Shown piece after piece: positions 30,806 through 40,327 of a DNA stretch of 64,000 nucleotides (position 1 is the first letter of the stretch; each line of letters starts with the position of its first letter). Below the pieces are notes generated by a model. It was not told the origin of the DNA. It searched no databases and was given only the letters and a program-made list of their open reading frames with translations. Made by a program: the position numbers and the translations under genes. The DNA is from Promethearchaeota archaeon (lineage in GTDB: Archaea; Asgardarchaeota; Lokiarchaeia; Sigyniarchaeales; SOKP01). The DNA is taken from the NCBI GenBank assembly GCA_048939995.1, contig JBHLOY010000002.1, positions 96,001-160,000 on the forward strand. The letters are read 5' to 3'.

Positions 30806-31717
30806 TCAAAAATAAAAAGATGTTCCCGCATTTCCCTCTAAAGCATCTTTTATTTTTTCAATAGACGTAATAATTCCTTGCTCTCCCCCAGACTCTAAGA
30901 AATTTATTAAAGATTGTACTTTAGGTCCCATACTTCCTGCAGGGAACTGATCTTCCTTCAAATATTTTTTTGCTTCTGCAACTGAAATTCTATCTAAAAA
31001 ATATTGATCAGATTGTCCGTAGTTCAACGCAACTTTTTCAACATCAGTAGCAATTAATAAAATGTCCGCTCCAATTTGCTCAGCTAATTTTGCACTAGCT
31101 AAATCTTTATCAATAACAGCTTCAACACCATATAATCTCTTCTCTTCTTTTATGACTGGAATACCACCACCTCCACAAGCAATAACAATCCAACTTCCCA
31201 ATTCCATTAATTTCTTAATCTCACGCCATTGATAAATTTTAATAGGTTTAGGAGAAGGAACAACTCGACGCCAACCTTTTACCGTTTTTACTTGATTTGG
31301 ACCAGTCTTAACTGGGTAAGCAGGCCCAATTGGTTTAGTAGGATGTCTAAAAGCAGGATCATTAGGATCAACCTTAACATAAGTTAATACAGTTAAGAAA
31401 AATTTTTCTTGATCTAGACCGATCTGCATAAGCTCTTCGTCTAAAGTACTCTCGATCATGTATCCGATCTGCCCCTGAGTCTCCGCAACCAAGATTTGTA
31501 AGGGTCTTTTTGCTACAAATTCAGTAGCTTCTTGCTGCAACAATAATCCACCGATTTGGGGCCCGTTACCATGCGAAATTATGATATTATAATGCCTAGA
31601 AAGCCCAGCTATCTGCTTCATTGGAGCCCTTAAATTCTCCATCATTTGCTCAATAGTTCCTTCCTCTCCTTCTTTAATAAGAGCGTTTCCTCCAAGAGCA
31701 ACTATTAATGTTTTCAT
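30806..31717 (-). CDS. arcC: Carbamate kinase
   Basis: VALGGNAL, HGNGPQ, RRVVPSP, EAVIDKD, GSMGPKV. Confidence 0.95.
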   Translation of the reverse strand: MKTLIVALGGNALIKEGEEGTIEQMMENLRAPMKQIAGLSRHYNIIISHGNGPQIGGLLLQQEATEFVAKRPLQILVAETQGQIGYMIESTLDEELMQIGLDQEKFFLTVLTYVKVDPNDPAFRHPTKPIGPAYPVKTGPNQVKTVKGWRRVVPSPKPIKIYQWREIKKLMELGSWIVIACGGGGIPVIKEEKRLYGVEAVIDKDLASAKLAEQIGADILLIATDVEKVALNYGQSDQYFLDRISVAEAKKYLKEDQFPAGSMGPKVQSLINFLESGGEQGIITSIEKIKDALEGNAGTSFYF

Positions 31718-31925
31718 AACATGCTTTTAATTAGAAATTTTGAATCCAACAAATTGAGTTTTATTTGACTATTCAAAAAATTAATTTAGTTTTTACATTT
31801 TTAAAAATTTTATGCATATTTTTAGGATAAAACTATCATACTTTTCGCTTAAAGGACAAATTCAAGTTTTATGTTTAATTTTTAAATCCTAATATATAAA
31901 AATCGAAAAAAAAAAGATTAAATAA

Positions 31926-32033
31926 TTATTCGGGTTGCTCTTTTATTCCTAAATTGGGAACAAAATCAGGAAGTGGATTAAAAAAGTCCTCCTCATCTAA
32001 GGGATCCATATTCTCCTCCACAGCTTGAACCAT
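31926..32033 (-). CDS. Small acidic ORF (35 aa), not in the ORF track
   Basis: MVQAVEENMDPLDEEDFFNPLPDFVPNLGIKEQPE*, with an SD-like GTGAG, 22 nt downstream of the 32056-32280 gene. Confidence 0.45.
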   Translation of the reverse strand: MVQAVEENMDPLDEEDFFNPLPDFVPNLGIKEQPE

Positions 32034-32055
32034 ATAATCATCTCACTTTATTCAG

Positions 32056-32280
32056 TTATTCATAGAGTGTGGTTACAAAGTTTTTTTCAAATAGAATGAG
32101 AGGCTTAATGAATGTTTTATCTTTAGTTCCAATATTGCGCATATTTTGATAACAATTCCACTGATATTCATATGAACTTGAATCAAACACCCTTCTATGG
32201 AATATGATCTCATTATCACATAGATGTACAATTCTTCTGCCATAAGATCTCTTTTGATTACATATTGGACAATGGAACAT
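32056..32280 (-). CDS. Small zinc-finger-like protein
   Basis: CPIC...HLC; SD GAGAGG. Confidence 0.6.
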   Translation of the reverse strand: MFHCPICNQKRSYGRRIVHLCDNEIIFHRRVFDSSSYEYQWNCYQNMRNIGTKDKTFIKPLILFEKNFVTTLYE

Positions 32281-32322
32281 TATTCATAGACCTCTCATCT
32301 TTTCTAAGATGATATTACCCTC

Positions 32323-32364
32323 TCTATATAAAAGAAAATTTTACAAATTTTTTTCTTTATATAC
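32323..32364. promoter_or_regulatory. Divergent promoter pair with pyrimidine-rich BRE-TATA
   Basis: Minus strand AATTTTCTTTTATATAG (from 32340); plus strand AAATTTTTTTCTTTATATAC (32345-32364). Confidence 0.6.
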
Positions 32365-32419
32365 ACTTGCCATAAATCTTCCTTAACAATTCTATATTCA
32401 TAAAATAAGGTTAAAAATA

Positions 32420-33496
32420 ATGCAAGAAATTGAAATTATTAAAAAATTATCAACGAGAATTGAAGATCGTCCTGAAGAGATTTTAAAATATATCCATATT
32501 GGAATTAGCATTCCTGTATTGCCCCAATTCCATAAATATATTAAAAGTGATATTGAGGAATATAATGCTAAATCTATCCTTCTTGAAAACCAAATTGAAG
32601 CGAAAGAATTCGGAAAACAAACCGATAATGTGATTGGTCATACTCTTATATACGATGATGGCGGAGAAGTATTATTTTTTGGATTTTTTAATATATATGA
32701 TCATGATCCTAAGAAAATAGAACTTTTAGCAGATGAAATCATTAATTATGCTAAAGACAATGACTTTAGTATTATCAGGGGGCCAATTAATGTACCTACT
32801 GTAATCTTTGGATGGGGATTTATGGTTGAGGGGAGTAGAAAAGACTTATTCATCGGATCTCCAATTAATCCACCAATCTATCAGCAAATCTTTATGGAAA
32901 AAGGCTTCACTATCAAATTTCAAGAGGATAGGTACTGGATGCCTGCCTTAAAAATGGATCCCCATAATAATCCTGCTCTAGTCAAGAAAGGAGTAAATTT
33001 TGCGGAATATGAATTTAGCAATCCAGGAAGAGATGGGTTGATGGCAATTAAGGAAGAATATATTGAGCTTCACGCGACCTACATGCCGAATTCGGCTCGT
33101 ATTACTCCCAGAGCATCAAAGAATTTTGATAATATTGTAGATTTCACCCATACCTTTGGTGCAAACTGGATGATGTGGATTGTTCGCCATAAAGAATCTG
33201 GTCAGATGGCAGGGTGTGGATATATTATCCCTGATATTTTTCACTTAAATCGTAAAGGTGAATTAGATTCAGTAAGTTTTCATGATTGGGTTGTACATCC
33301 TGATCATCGCCGTAAGTATTTGTCAATGCTTATGTATGGAGAGACCTCTCTTCTTGCGAAAGACCGAAGAACACCTCACTATATTAATCGTGGATCATGG
33401 CCCGTAGGAGCGGATAATGTGGCAAATGCGAACGCTGCCATGAAGATGGGTGGAAAGAAAGATAGAAGCCATATAATTCTGGAAAAAACAGTCTAA
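32420..33496 (+). CDS. Tandem GNAT-fold protein (YghO-like)
   Basis: FFGFFN, IRGPIN, NPPIYQ, WVVHPDHRRK, AMKMGG. Confidence 0.7.
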   Translation: MQEIEIIKKLSTRIEDRPEEILKYIHIGISIPVLPQFHKYIKSDIEEYNAKSILLENQIEAKEFGKQTDNVIGHTLIYDDGGEVLFFGFFNIYDHDPKKIELLADEIINYAKDNDFSIIRGPINVPTVIFGWGFMVEGSRKDLFIGSPINPPIYQQIFMEKGFTIKFQEDRYWMPALKMDPHNNPALVKKGVNFAEYEFSNPGRDGLMAIKEEYIELHATYMPNSARITPRASKNFDNIVDFTHTFGANWMMWIVRHKESGQMAGCGYIIPDIFHLNRKGELDSVSFHDWVVHPDHRRKYLSMLMYGETSLLAKDRRTPHYINRGSWPVGADNVANANAAMKMGGKKDRSHIILEKTV

Positions 33497-33509
33497 AAAT
33501 TATTATTTT

Positions 33510-33869
33510 TTAATATCTATTATTTTTTTCTTTGAGTTTTCTATAAATATTATCTACTTTTAATTCAAGTTCAGTTAGAGTTTTCTTTTTTTCATTTAGT
33601 TCCTTCTCTAATTTGGCGCATATTTTTACATTTTTCCTTTGGTGTTCTAAATTTGCATAAAATGGGAAAAAATTAATGAGTTTATCAATAGTATTCTCTC
33701 CAAGTTTTAAAATGGCCTTCCTAAGTACGATATCTTCTATTTTTCCTGTTTTTAATTCTTTTATTAGCGATTTTAGTTTAAGTAGTTCATCGCCATCTAG
33801 CACGATTGAAATTAAATTATCTCGCAAGGTCTTATTATTATCAAAATCTTTTCCTTTAGCTGAGGTCAT
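33510..33869 (-). CDS. Hypothetical coiled-coil protein
   Basis: 119-aa ORF with SD GAGGAG; last gene of a minus-strand operon. Confidence 0.6.
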   Translation of the reverse strand: MTSAKGKDFDNNKTLRDNLISIVLDGDELLKLKSLIKELKTGKIEDIVLRKAILKLGENTIDKLINFFPFYANLEHQRKNVKICAKLEKELNEKKKTLTELELKVDNIYRKLKEKNNRY

Positions 33870-33904
33870 TATTTACCTACTCTCCTCTAACTCGAGATAT
33901 ACTT

Positions 33905-34447
33905 TTATAAAAATGTACTCGAATCTTTTTTTTTCTGGACTACTTGGAATGAAAAGGGAAGGGTAGGTTCGACAGTAGAAAGGCTTCTTAGAAATTGATT
34001 AATATTCGCATGTACAGTTTCAGGAACTACTTCAATCCTGAAAATCTTTAATCCAACAGTTAGAAGGTCAACCTTGTTCGTATAGAATATAATTTTAGGG
34101 TCATTAATAATGGTCCAAAATACAATATCTTTGAATGGATTTATAGATTGAAATTGAAATAATCCTTTTAGATGAAAGAATGACTCCCGAAATATTAATG
34201 AAAATATACTAATAAGAAGAATTGCAGATCCTAAAGCTATATAGACATTGTTAATAAGTAAATAGATGCATACTGAAAATAAAATTCCTAATATTACTAA
34301 AAATATTAGCTTAAATATTGAAAAGATGCTATTAGTATCATTGTAAGAAGGATGGATATCCCAAATCATCTTAAAATCTTCATTTGTGTCTTTTCTATCA
34401 GAATTTTGCTCACTTCCATTAAGAAAGTTTGTATAAAGATTAGTTAT
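33905..34447 (-). pseudogene. Membrane protein, probably truncated or frameshifted at an A9 tract
   Basis: Two TM helices followed by a short soluble segment. The ORF ends shortly after A9, and the shifted frame reads KKIRVHFYKSISRVRGE* to 33877. The frame extends upstream to ATA 34447, after SD GGGGGAG. Confidence 0.5.
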
Positions 34448-34448
34448 T

Positions 34449-35279
34449 TTATTTCTCCCCCCTAAGAAAGAATTTTAGATACAATAATAAAGTCAAAAAG
34501 CCACTTCCAAAAAAAATCACAAGCAAAAGGCTTATAGCGAAAGTTAAATAAGGAAACATAATCATCTCATATAGAATTACACTCCCTAATAAAAAGAAAA
34601 AAATAATTGCCCCTATTATTACACATCCTAAACAAAAGGTTCTTATCCTGTTATTATTCCCCGAAAAAGATAGGATCTTCTTTTGTTTTGTAATTGATGT
34701 TTCTAATTGTTTCATATGTATGGCTTCCTCAAAGGAGCTTTTATGGAACCTCTGCTGTAATGTTTTCTGAAGTAAAACTTCTCTCTGACGTATATTATGG
34801 AGAAGAAGCTGTCTTGCTTTATTATTATCACTCTCATTCTTTTTATTTCGTGTCATTACCATAAAAAGATTTAAGTCCCTATGTTCAGGCCAAATATCGT
34901 CACCTAAAACCTGGTAGATATCTGGAACATCCATCTCTTGTAATTCATAATATAATGTAAAAATCTCTTTAATCTGATCATAGGAAATTTCACCTCGAAG
35001 TTTTAACAACATCAATTCTGCTAGTTTAAGGCGCTCCAATGTTGAAGTTTGAAAAATTGGGCTTTTAATAAAATTATAAAATGTTTCATTTATGAACTCT
35101 AAATAACTATAGAGATGTTCATTTTCCTTCTTTTTACGAGGTCGGAATCCTAAATAAGCACCTATCTCATCAATTGTATTGCTTAAAAGAACAAACCCTA
35201 CTACTGCTAATTTTTTAAAATTATGTGTTTGTTTGCATAGGTGAATAAGAAGCTTTAATTTAGAGTTTACATTATTCAT
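34449..35279 (-). CDS. Hypothetical protein with two C-terminal TM helices
   Basis: 276 aa; ATGA overlap with the upstream gene. Confidence 0.65.
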   Translation of the reverse strand: MNNVNSKLKLLIHLCKQTHNFKKLAVVGFVLLSNTIDEIGAYLGFRPRKKKENEHLYSYLEFINETFYNFIKSPIFQTSTLERLKLAELMLLKLRGEISYDQIKEIFTLYYELQEMDVPDIYQVLGDDIWPEHRDLNLFMVMTRNKKNESDNNKARQLLLHNIRQREVLLQKTLQQRFHKSSFEEAIHMKQLETSITKQKKILSFSGNNNRIRTFCLGCVIIGAIIFFFLLGSVILYEMIMFPYLTFAISLLLVIFFGSGFLTLLLYLKFFLRGEK

Positions 35280-35971
35280 GCCCTTATCACACTCTTTTGT
35301 TTTTTATTATTAGATGCGTTTTTATATTGATTAAGCACAAGTTCCTCTTCTTGGATATATTTATCTAAATCAAGAGGTTCTTGAATTTTCTGAATATATT
35401 TCTCTAATATTCCTTCAGAAGATTGAGGGTTTTGTTCTAATGAGGTTGCTATCCTATAATATAAAATTGTATAAGGAAATAAGAAGATAAAGCTGATTAC
35501 TTCCATAATATATCCGATGTTAATTGAATATTGAAAGATAACTTCCAAATCGGGATCATAGAACGAAATATTTGGGAAATAATATTGATAGGGGAATAAG
35601 TACATAATAGGATAAACTACTATGAAAAATACGACTAAAAGCAATGTGAAAATATTTATGTATGAAACTAATCTATTCGGAGTTCTATAAACTAAGCCTA
35701 TTAAGGTAAATGCTAAACTGACAAGAAAACAAATCACAATTATAAATGGTAAAGACTCTGCAGTTGGGGTATAGATTTCATTAAATATTGATCCTGATGC
35801 AAAGATGGTATACCAGTTAAAAATAGGATTATAACTCCAATAGACTACAAGGTTTCCGTTCTCGTCAAAAGCTTGGAAAATATACCAATCAAAAAACAAG
35901 AAAACTCCTGCAATAATAATTCCTATTATAAACATTATCCGTGTAAAACTAGGGATCTTAATTAAGAACAC
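35276..35971 (-). CDS. Hypothetical 4-TM membrane protein
   Basis: Four hydrophobic segments with FFDWY and YSINIGY; operonic. Confidence 0.65.
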   Translation of the reverse strand: MFLIKIPSFTRIMFIIGIIIAGVFLFFDWYIFQAFDENGNLVVYWSYNPIFNWYTIFASGSIFNEIYTPTAESLPFIIVICFLVSLAFTLIGLVYRTPNRLVSYINIFTLLLVVFFIVVYPIMYLFPYQYYFPNISFYDPDLEVIFQYSINIGYIMEVISFIFLFPYTILYYRIATSLEQNPQSSEGILEKYIQKIQEPLDLDKYIQEEELVLNQYKNASNNKKQKSVIRA

Positions 35972-35974
35972 CTC

Positions 35975-37726
35975 TTATTCAGCCAAAAATTCATAAATCT
36001 TAGCGTGGTATCCATCTTCTTTATTTTCTGGGTCATCATCTTCTTGTTCGAATAAATCTTCTAAATCTTTCTCTTGAGGTTTTAGAAGTTGATTCTTGAT
36101 CATCAGTTCAGATTTTGTATGTTCAATTTTATTCAATAACCTATATGGATTCGATTTACCGAAACATTCATAACCAAGCTGAAGCATTAAATCATCAATA
36201 AACTCTTGATAAATTATCTCTAAACTTGCCTCATCTAATGTTATTTGCCTTTGATAACTATGGATCATATACTGATCCCTAATATTCTTTCTCTTAACCC
36301 TAAAAATATAAAAAAGATATGCTACTAATGCGGTATAAATGCCAAGTATCACATAACTTAACCCTATAAACGGAAGGAGCAAAGAAGGTATTTGTGTTAA
36401 TGCTACAATTATAGTAAGAAACCCAAAACCAAAGGGTAAAAGAGAGTATCGCAGAAGTTGCTTTTGAAACCTTTGATTTGCTTGATTTTCTGTAATTTCA
36501 CCTTCTTGTGCAGTATTATATTCTGCTACAAACTTATGCTTATTCTCCAGAAACTGTGTAAGCGTGGTAACTTGATTTTCTTGAATAAAATGAATATTTG
36601 AGCTTTTTTGATAAGCAAAAGGAATTGATTTCTCTAAGAACTTAATTTCTGATAATGAGATTAAAATTGGATCAACATGAACTAAATAATGAGTTTTTGA
36701 AGAATTTAATAATACCTCATCACTCTCATAAAAATTCTGGTTTACTTCAAAATTAGTTATCAAAAATTTCTGAATATACTCAAATAGAGCACCTTTATTT
36801 TTAACATTTTCAATTATATTATGCATTACTTCCGTTAAATTTGCAGCAAAATTATTGATCATTAGATTTTTCTCTCTTTGGCTTCGATAATAAATAGAAT
36901 CTTCAGAAATTATTAATAAATCATCAATTTGGGCAAATTTGATTGGATAAATGAAGATTATATGCTGAGTTTGCCTAAAAGAATCTACCTTAAATATTAA
37001 CTCATCTATATCCTGAAATTGATCCTTAATTTTCTCTAAAGGTATTGAGAAGTAACCTTTTGAGGTTAATTCTTCTATTATTTTTGCCTTAGAGTCTAAA
37101 ATCTCCGGTATCTCTTTAATCTCATCTGGAAGAATTTCTTCTTTTAGATATTCATGATATGAGGTCTGATCCTTAATTGAATCTAGTTGGTCTAAGGGTC
37201 CATTTAGCTTTGACTTAATCATTAGTTCTCTAGAGTCTTTTACAGGCTCAAATTCAACAGAAATTTTACTTTTTGGCTGGATGTTAAGATTAGTTTGCTT
37301 TGTTTTAGGATAATCGTTCAAATTAGAAATCCTTAGATACTCCTGTGCTGAGATAACCATTTGCTTCGCAGTTTCGATTCCTATTCCTTTAATACATGCT
37401 AATGTTTTTGGACTAGATTTAGCAATTTTCTCTATTGTATTATATCCTGCTTCCCATAATTTATGTTCATGAGTAGGACCTACTCCCTTCAGTTTTGTAA
37501 GACCTGCATTTAACTTTTTCTCCTCCTCCGCCTTATATGATTTCATGAGAACAAATGAAAGCTCTCTAAACTTAGTTGACCATTCTTTTTCTGCATGTAA
37601 TTCTGACTCTTCTATGCCCTTTTTTGCTAATTTTGCAGCTTGATCTGTATCCCCTGCTTCCAATGCTTGTTGTGTCATATCATATAGATAATTTAGATCC
37701 CATTTCTTTTCTAATAGGTCTTGCAT
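35975..37726 (-). CDS. Membrane-anchored helix-hairpin-helix (RadA-N/DUF4332-like) DNA-binding protein
   Basis: LTKLKGVGPTHEHKLWEAGYNTIEKIA..IKGIGIETAKQ; two TM helices near the C-terminus. Start moved to ATG 37726 because the longer ORF overlaps the divergent gene and its promoter. Confidence 0.75.
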   Translation of the reverse strand: MQDLLEKKWDLNYLYDMTQQALEAGDTDQAAKLAKKGIEESELHAEKEWSTKFRELSFVLMKSYKAEEEKKLNAGLTKLKGVGPTHEHKLWEAGYNTIEKIAKSSPKTLACIKGIGIETAKQMVISAQEYLRISNLNDYPKTKQTNLNIQPKSKISVEFEPVKDSRELMIKSKLNGPLDQLDSIKDQTSYHEYLKEEILPDEIKEIPEILDSKAKIIEELTSKGYFSIPLEKIKDQFQDIDELIFKVDSFRQTQHIIFIYPIKFAQIDDLLIISEDSIYYRSQREKNLMINNFAANLTEVMHNIIENVKNKGALFEYIQKFLITNFEVNQNFYESDEVLLNSSKTHYLVHVDPILISLSEIKFLEKSIPFAYQKSSNIHFIQENQVTTLTQFLENKHKFVAEYNTAQEGEITENQANQRFQKQLLRYSLLPFGFGFLTIIVALTQIPSLLLPFIGLSYVILGIYTALVAYLFYIFRVKRKNIRDQYMIHSYQRQITLDEASLEIIYQEFIDDLMLQLGYECFGKSNPYRLLNKIEHTKSELMIKNQLLKPQEKDLEDLFEQEDDDPENKEDGYHAKIYEFLAE

Positions 37727-37747
37727 ACTATAAACTAATTTTTTCCT

Positions 37748-37799
37748 CATATATAAAGAAAAAATTTCCATGAAATGTTTGAAATTTTCCTTTAAATAG
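37748..37799. promoter_or_regulatory. Divergent promoter pair with pyrimidine-rich BRE-TATA
   Basis: Minus strand AAATTTTTTCTTTATATATG (37767-37748, about 22 nt before ATG 37726); plus strand AAATTTTCCTTTAAATAG (37782-37799). Confidence 0.65.
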
Positions 37800-37834
37800 T
37801 TAAGAAAATTAGAATTCAGTTGAGGCTGGTAAAA

Positions 37835-38131
37835 ATGGGGATTGAGCTTAAAATTAAAAAGAATACGAAAGCAATACCAAGGAAGTTTTTTAAGTGTGCT
37901 CATTGTGGCTCTTTTATCGAAATTAAAATAGACTATAAAGTAGTAGAACAATCTAAAGAGAAAGGTCAGTTTATTATTCCTCATTTTCATCTACATGGTA
38001 ATCCCTTACATGGTACTCTCTGTCATTTTAACTTAAATGGAGATATAAGAAATATAGATATAATAGAAAATATCTCGGTTGCAAAAGAGCCAAATATTCT
38101 ATACCAAATACTAGATAAATTGTTAAACTAA
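37835..38131 (+). CDS. Small CxxC/His zinc-binding protein
   Basis: CAHC...HFHLHGNPLH; SD GAGG/GGT before ATG 37835. Confidence 0.7.
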   Translation: MGIELKIKKNTKAIPRKFFKCAHCGSFIEIKIDYKVVEQSKEKGQFIIPHFHLHGNPLHGTLCHFNLNGDIRNIDIIENISVAKEPNILYQILDKLLN

Positions 38132-38147
38132 CTTTAACAGGGAAATA

Positions 38148-39042
38148 ATGACTCTTCATAATTTCACCACTGATGAGATTCCAGAGTTAGTAAAACAAGA
38201 TAATGAGATCTTTAAATACATCTCTGATGATAGAATTCTCCGAGTACTATTCGAGCAAAAAATTTTTGTCTTAAGAGAAATTCAAAAAAAAGCTATTGAG
38301 AATGGTTTGTTTTTCCGAAAATCATTCTTAATTTGTTCACCTTCTGGGAGCGGAAAGACATTAATAGGAGAGATTTGTGCGTTTCATAATATATTTAATA
38401 ATTTTGGGAAATCTATATACTTGGTTCCGTTTAAGGCATTAGCCACTGAGAAATATTATTATTTCAAAAAATATTATAGCCGTTTTAAAGTAAATGTTAC
38501 ATTATCAATTGGAGATTATGATGTGGATGATTTGAAATTAGAAAAAGCAGACCTGGTTATTACCACATACGAAAAATGCGACTCGATTCTCAGAAATTTC
38601 TATGATAAAGCGTGGATCCACGATATCTCTACAATCATCATAGATGAGATACATATAGTAGGAGAATCAGACCGTGGTCCACGATTGGAATCATTAATAG
38701 TGCGATTAAACGAGTTTCTTCACCACCCCCAATTTAGAGCGAATTATCACTTTTATTGGAATTATTGCGATCCACTTAAGTGATAATTATATCGAACTTC
38801 AAGACAAAATGATTCATATTGCAGAGATAGCTGAGACTTTGAAGATTCGGGTACATTATGGAATAAAAGAACAATTATTCGATTTAGTATTGCGTTTAGA
38901 TAATGTAGCGCTGGTGAGCGCGCGTATTATTTATAACGCGGGCTATCATACCGCTACACAGGTACGTAAAGAGAATCCTTATAAATTACATTGCAAAACC
39001 GGATTAGGAATAAATATATGTAGAAAAATCATAAAAAGCTAA
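38148..39042 (+). pseudogene. Ski2/Hel308-like SF2 helicase, internally deleted
   Basis: Q motif, SPSGSGKT, PFKALATE, TYEK and IIDEIH, then a frame switch near 38731 directly into the C-terminal region (NLERIITF..RVHYGIKEQL..NVALVSARIIYNAGY). RecA2, winged-helix and most of the ratchet domain are missing. Confidence 0.8.
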
Positions 39043-39228
39043 TATGTAAGATTTTTTATTTAAATATAGTTATTATTTCTTTTATCCAAGAGGTAACTAC
39101 GTAAAATTTTTACTCAATTGGAAAATTCTCCTTAAAATCTCTACCAATAATGGTATTTAAAGGTTTAAGTAGTCCCTCTTTCTTTTTTTTCTTTTTATAG
39201 TCTTAAATTAAATACGAATAGAGAATAA

Positions 39229-39543
39229 ATGGATAAAGCAGAAAAATCTGAAGAATCTAAAGAATTTCAGTGGAAAGATTATATTAAGAGAAGAAACAGG
39301 CAACCTGGAGGGGCTCAAATTCAAGAGTATATTATATATCAAAAGCCAGGTAAAGAGAAAAATCATTACTATATTAGGAAATATGAGAAAACTAAAGAAC
39401 AAAATTTAGAAACATTAAATTTAATCCAAGAAATTCTTGACAATACAGCAGATTTGACTCCAAAACAAATAATAGACTATTTTAATAGTCAAAGATACTT
39501 TATCAAACTCTATTTTAAACAATTAAACGAAGAAAGAAAATAA
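39229..39543 (+). CDS. Hypothetical protein
   Basis: 104-aa ORF; TTTTTTTTCTTTTTATAG upstream. Confidence 0.55.
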   Translation: MDKAEKSEESKEFQWKDYIKRRNRQPGGAQIQEYIIYQKPGKEKNHYYIRKYEKTKEQNLETLNLIQEILDNTADLTPKQIIDYFNSQRYFIKLYFKQLNEERK

Positions 39544-39670
39544 ATTTGTTTAAGTAAATTAGTAAATTTTCAATCTAATTTTGTTTTTCTATTAATTCTT
39601 TAATATGCAAGTTATAATTTTCCTTTAAATTAAATTAAAATTATTATATTTAAAAAAAAAGTGAATAAAG

Positions 39671-39886
39671 ATGAGTTCTGGAATTACCAAAATTAAAAAG
39701 CATTTAGAAACTGAGATGAATAGTGATCTAGAGTTAGTATATATTCTATCTAAAACCTTAATTCCTTTTTCCAAACTCTTCGACAAGAAAAGAGACCCAG
39801 ATATATATACTGGGCAAGAAATAATACCTTTTCGAGAAAAACACCCTATTTTTAAAGCTTTAATGCGAATTGAGTTTGAGGATTGA
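39671..39886 (+). CDS. Small hypothetical protein
   Basis: 71 aa; SD GTGA; AATTTTCCTTTAAAT at 39616-39630. Confidence 0.55.
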   Translation: MSSGITKIKKHLETEMNSDLELVYILSKTLIPFSKLFDKKRDPDIYTGQEIIPFREKHPIFKALMRIEFED

Positions 39887-39989
39887 AAAGAATTTAAAGT
39901 AAATTTTCATCCTTTTTCCCGTATTTTTAATTATCTGAATCCAAATAAAGGTATAATTAGATTATAAAAAGTGGAAATAAAAAAGATAA

Positions 39990-40151
39990 TTACTTTTTTT
40001 GAAATAATTTAATAATTTGATCCCAAAGTCTAGGATTCGAAATTCTATATTCCCGAATCTTTTGGAGCATGATCTCTGTGTTTTCTTGTTGTGGGATAAC
40101 ATGTGTAATAAATTCTATCGTTTGTGTCATCTTTAATTTTTCTTTTAGCAT
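39990..40151 (-). CDS. Small hypothetical protein (53 aa), not in the ORF track
   Basis: MLKEKLKMTQTIEFITHVIPQQENTEIMLQKIREYRISNPRLWDQIIKLFQKK*; SD GAGGT. Confidence 0.5.
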   Translation of the reverse strand: MLKEKLKMTQTIEFITHVIPQQENTEIMLQKIREYRISNPRLWDQIIKLFQKK

Positions 40152-40327
40152 ATTTTACCTCAATGAATATAATGATTACTTATAATCAAATATAGAAATA
40201 TTTAAACAAAAAATTCAGAAAAGTAGTTAATTGCTAGATAAGAATATTTTTTCAAGTGGATTAAATTTTTCTTTATAAATAATCGCTATTTTTTGACAAT
40301 ACAGAAATTATTGGATATAAAAATAGC

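Noticed and set aside
37727-37990. 88-aa N-terminal extension of the HhH protein
   Set aside because: It overlaps the opposite-strand Zn-protein gene and the divergent promoters; ATG 37726 has proper TATA spacing.
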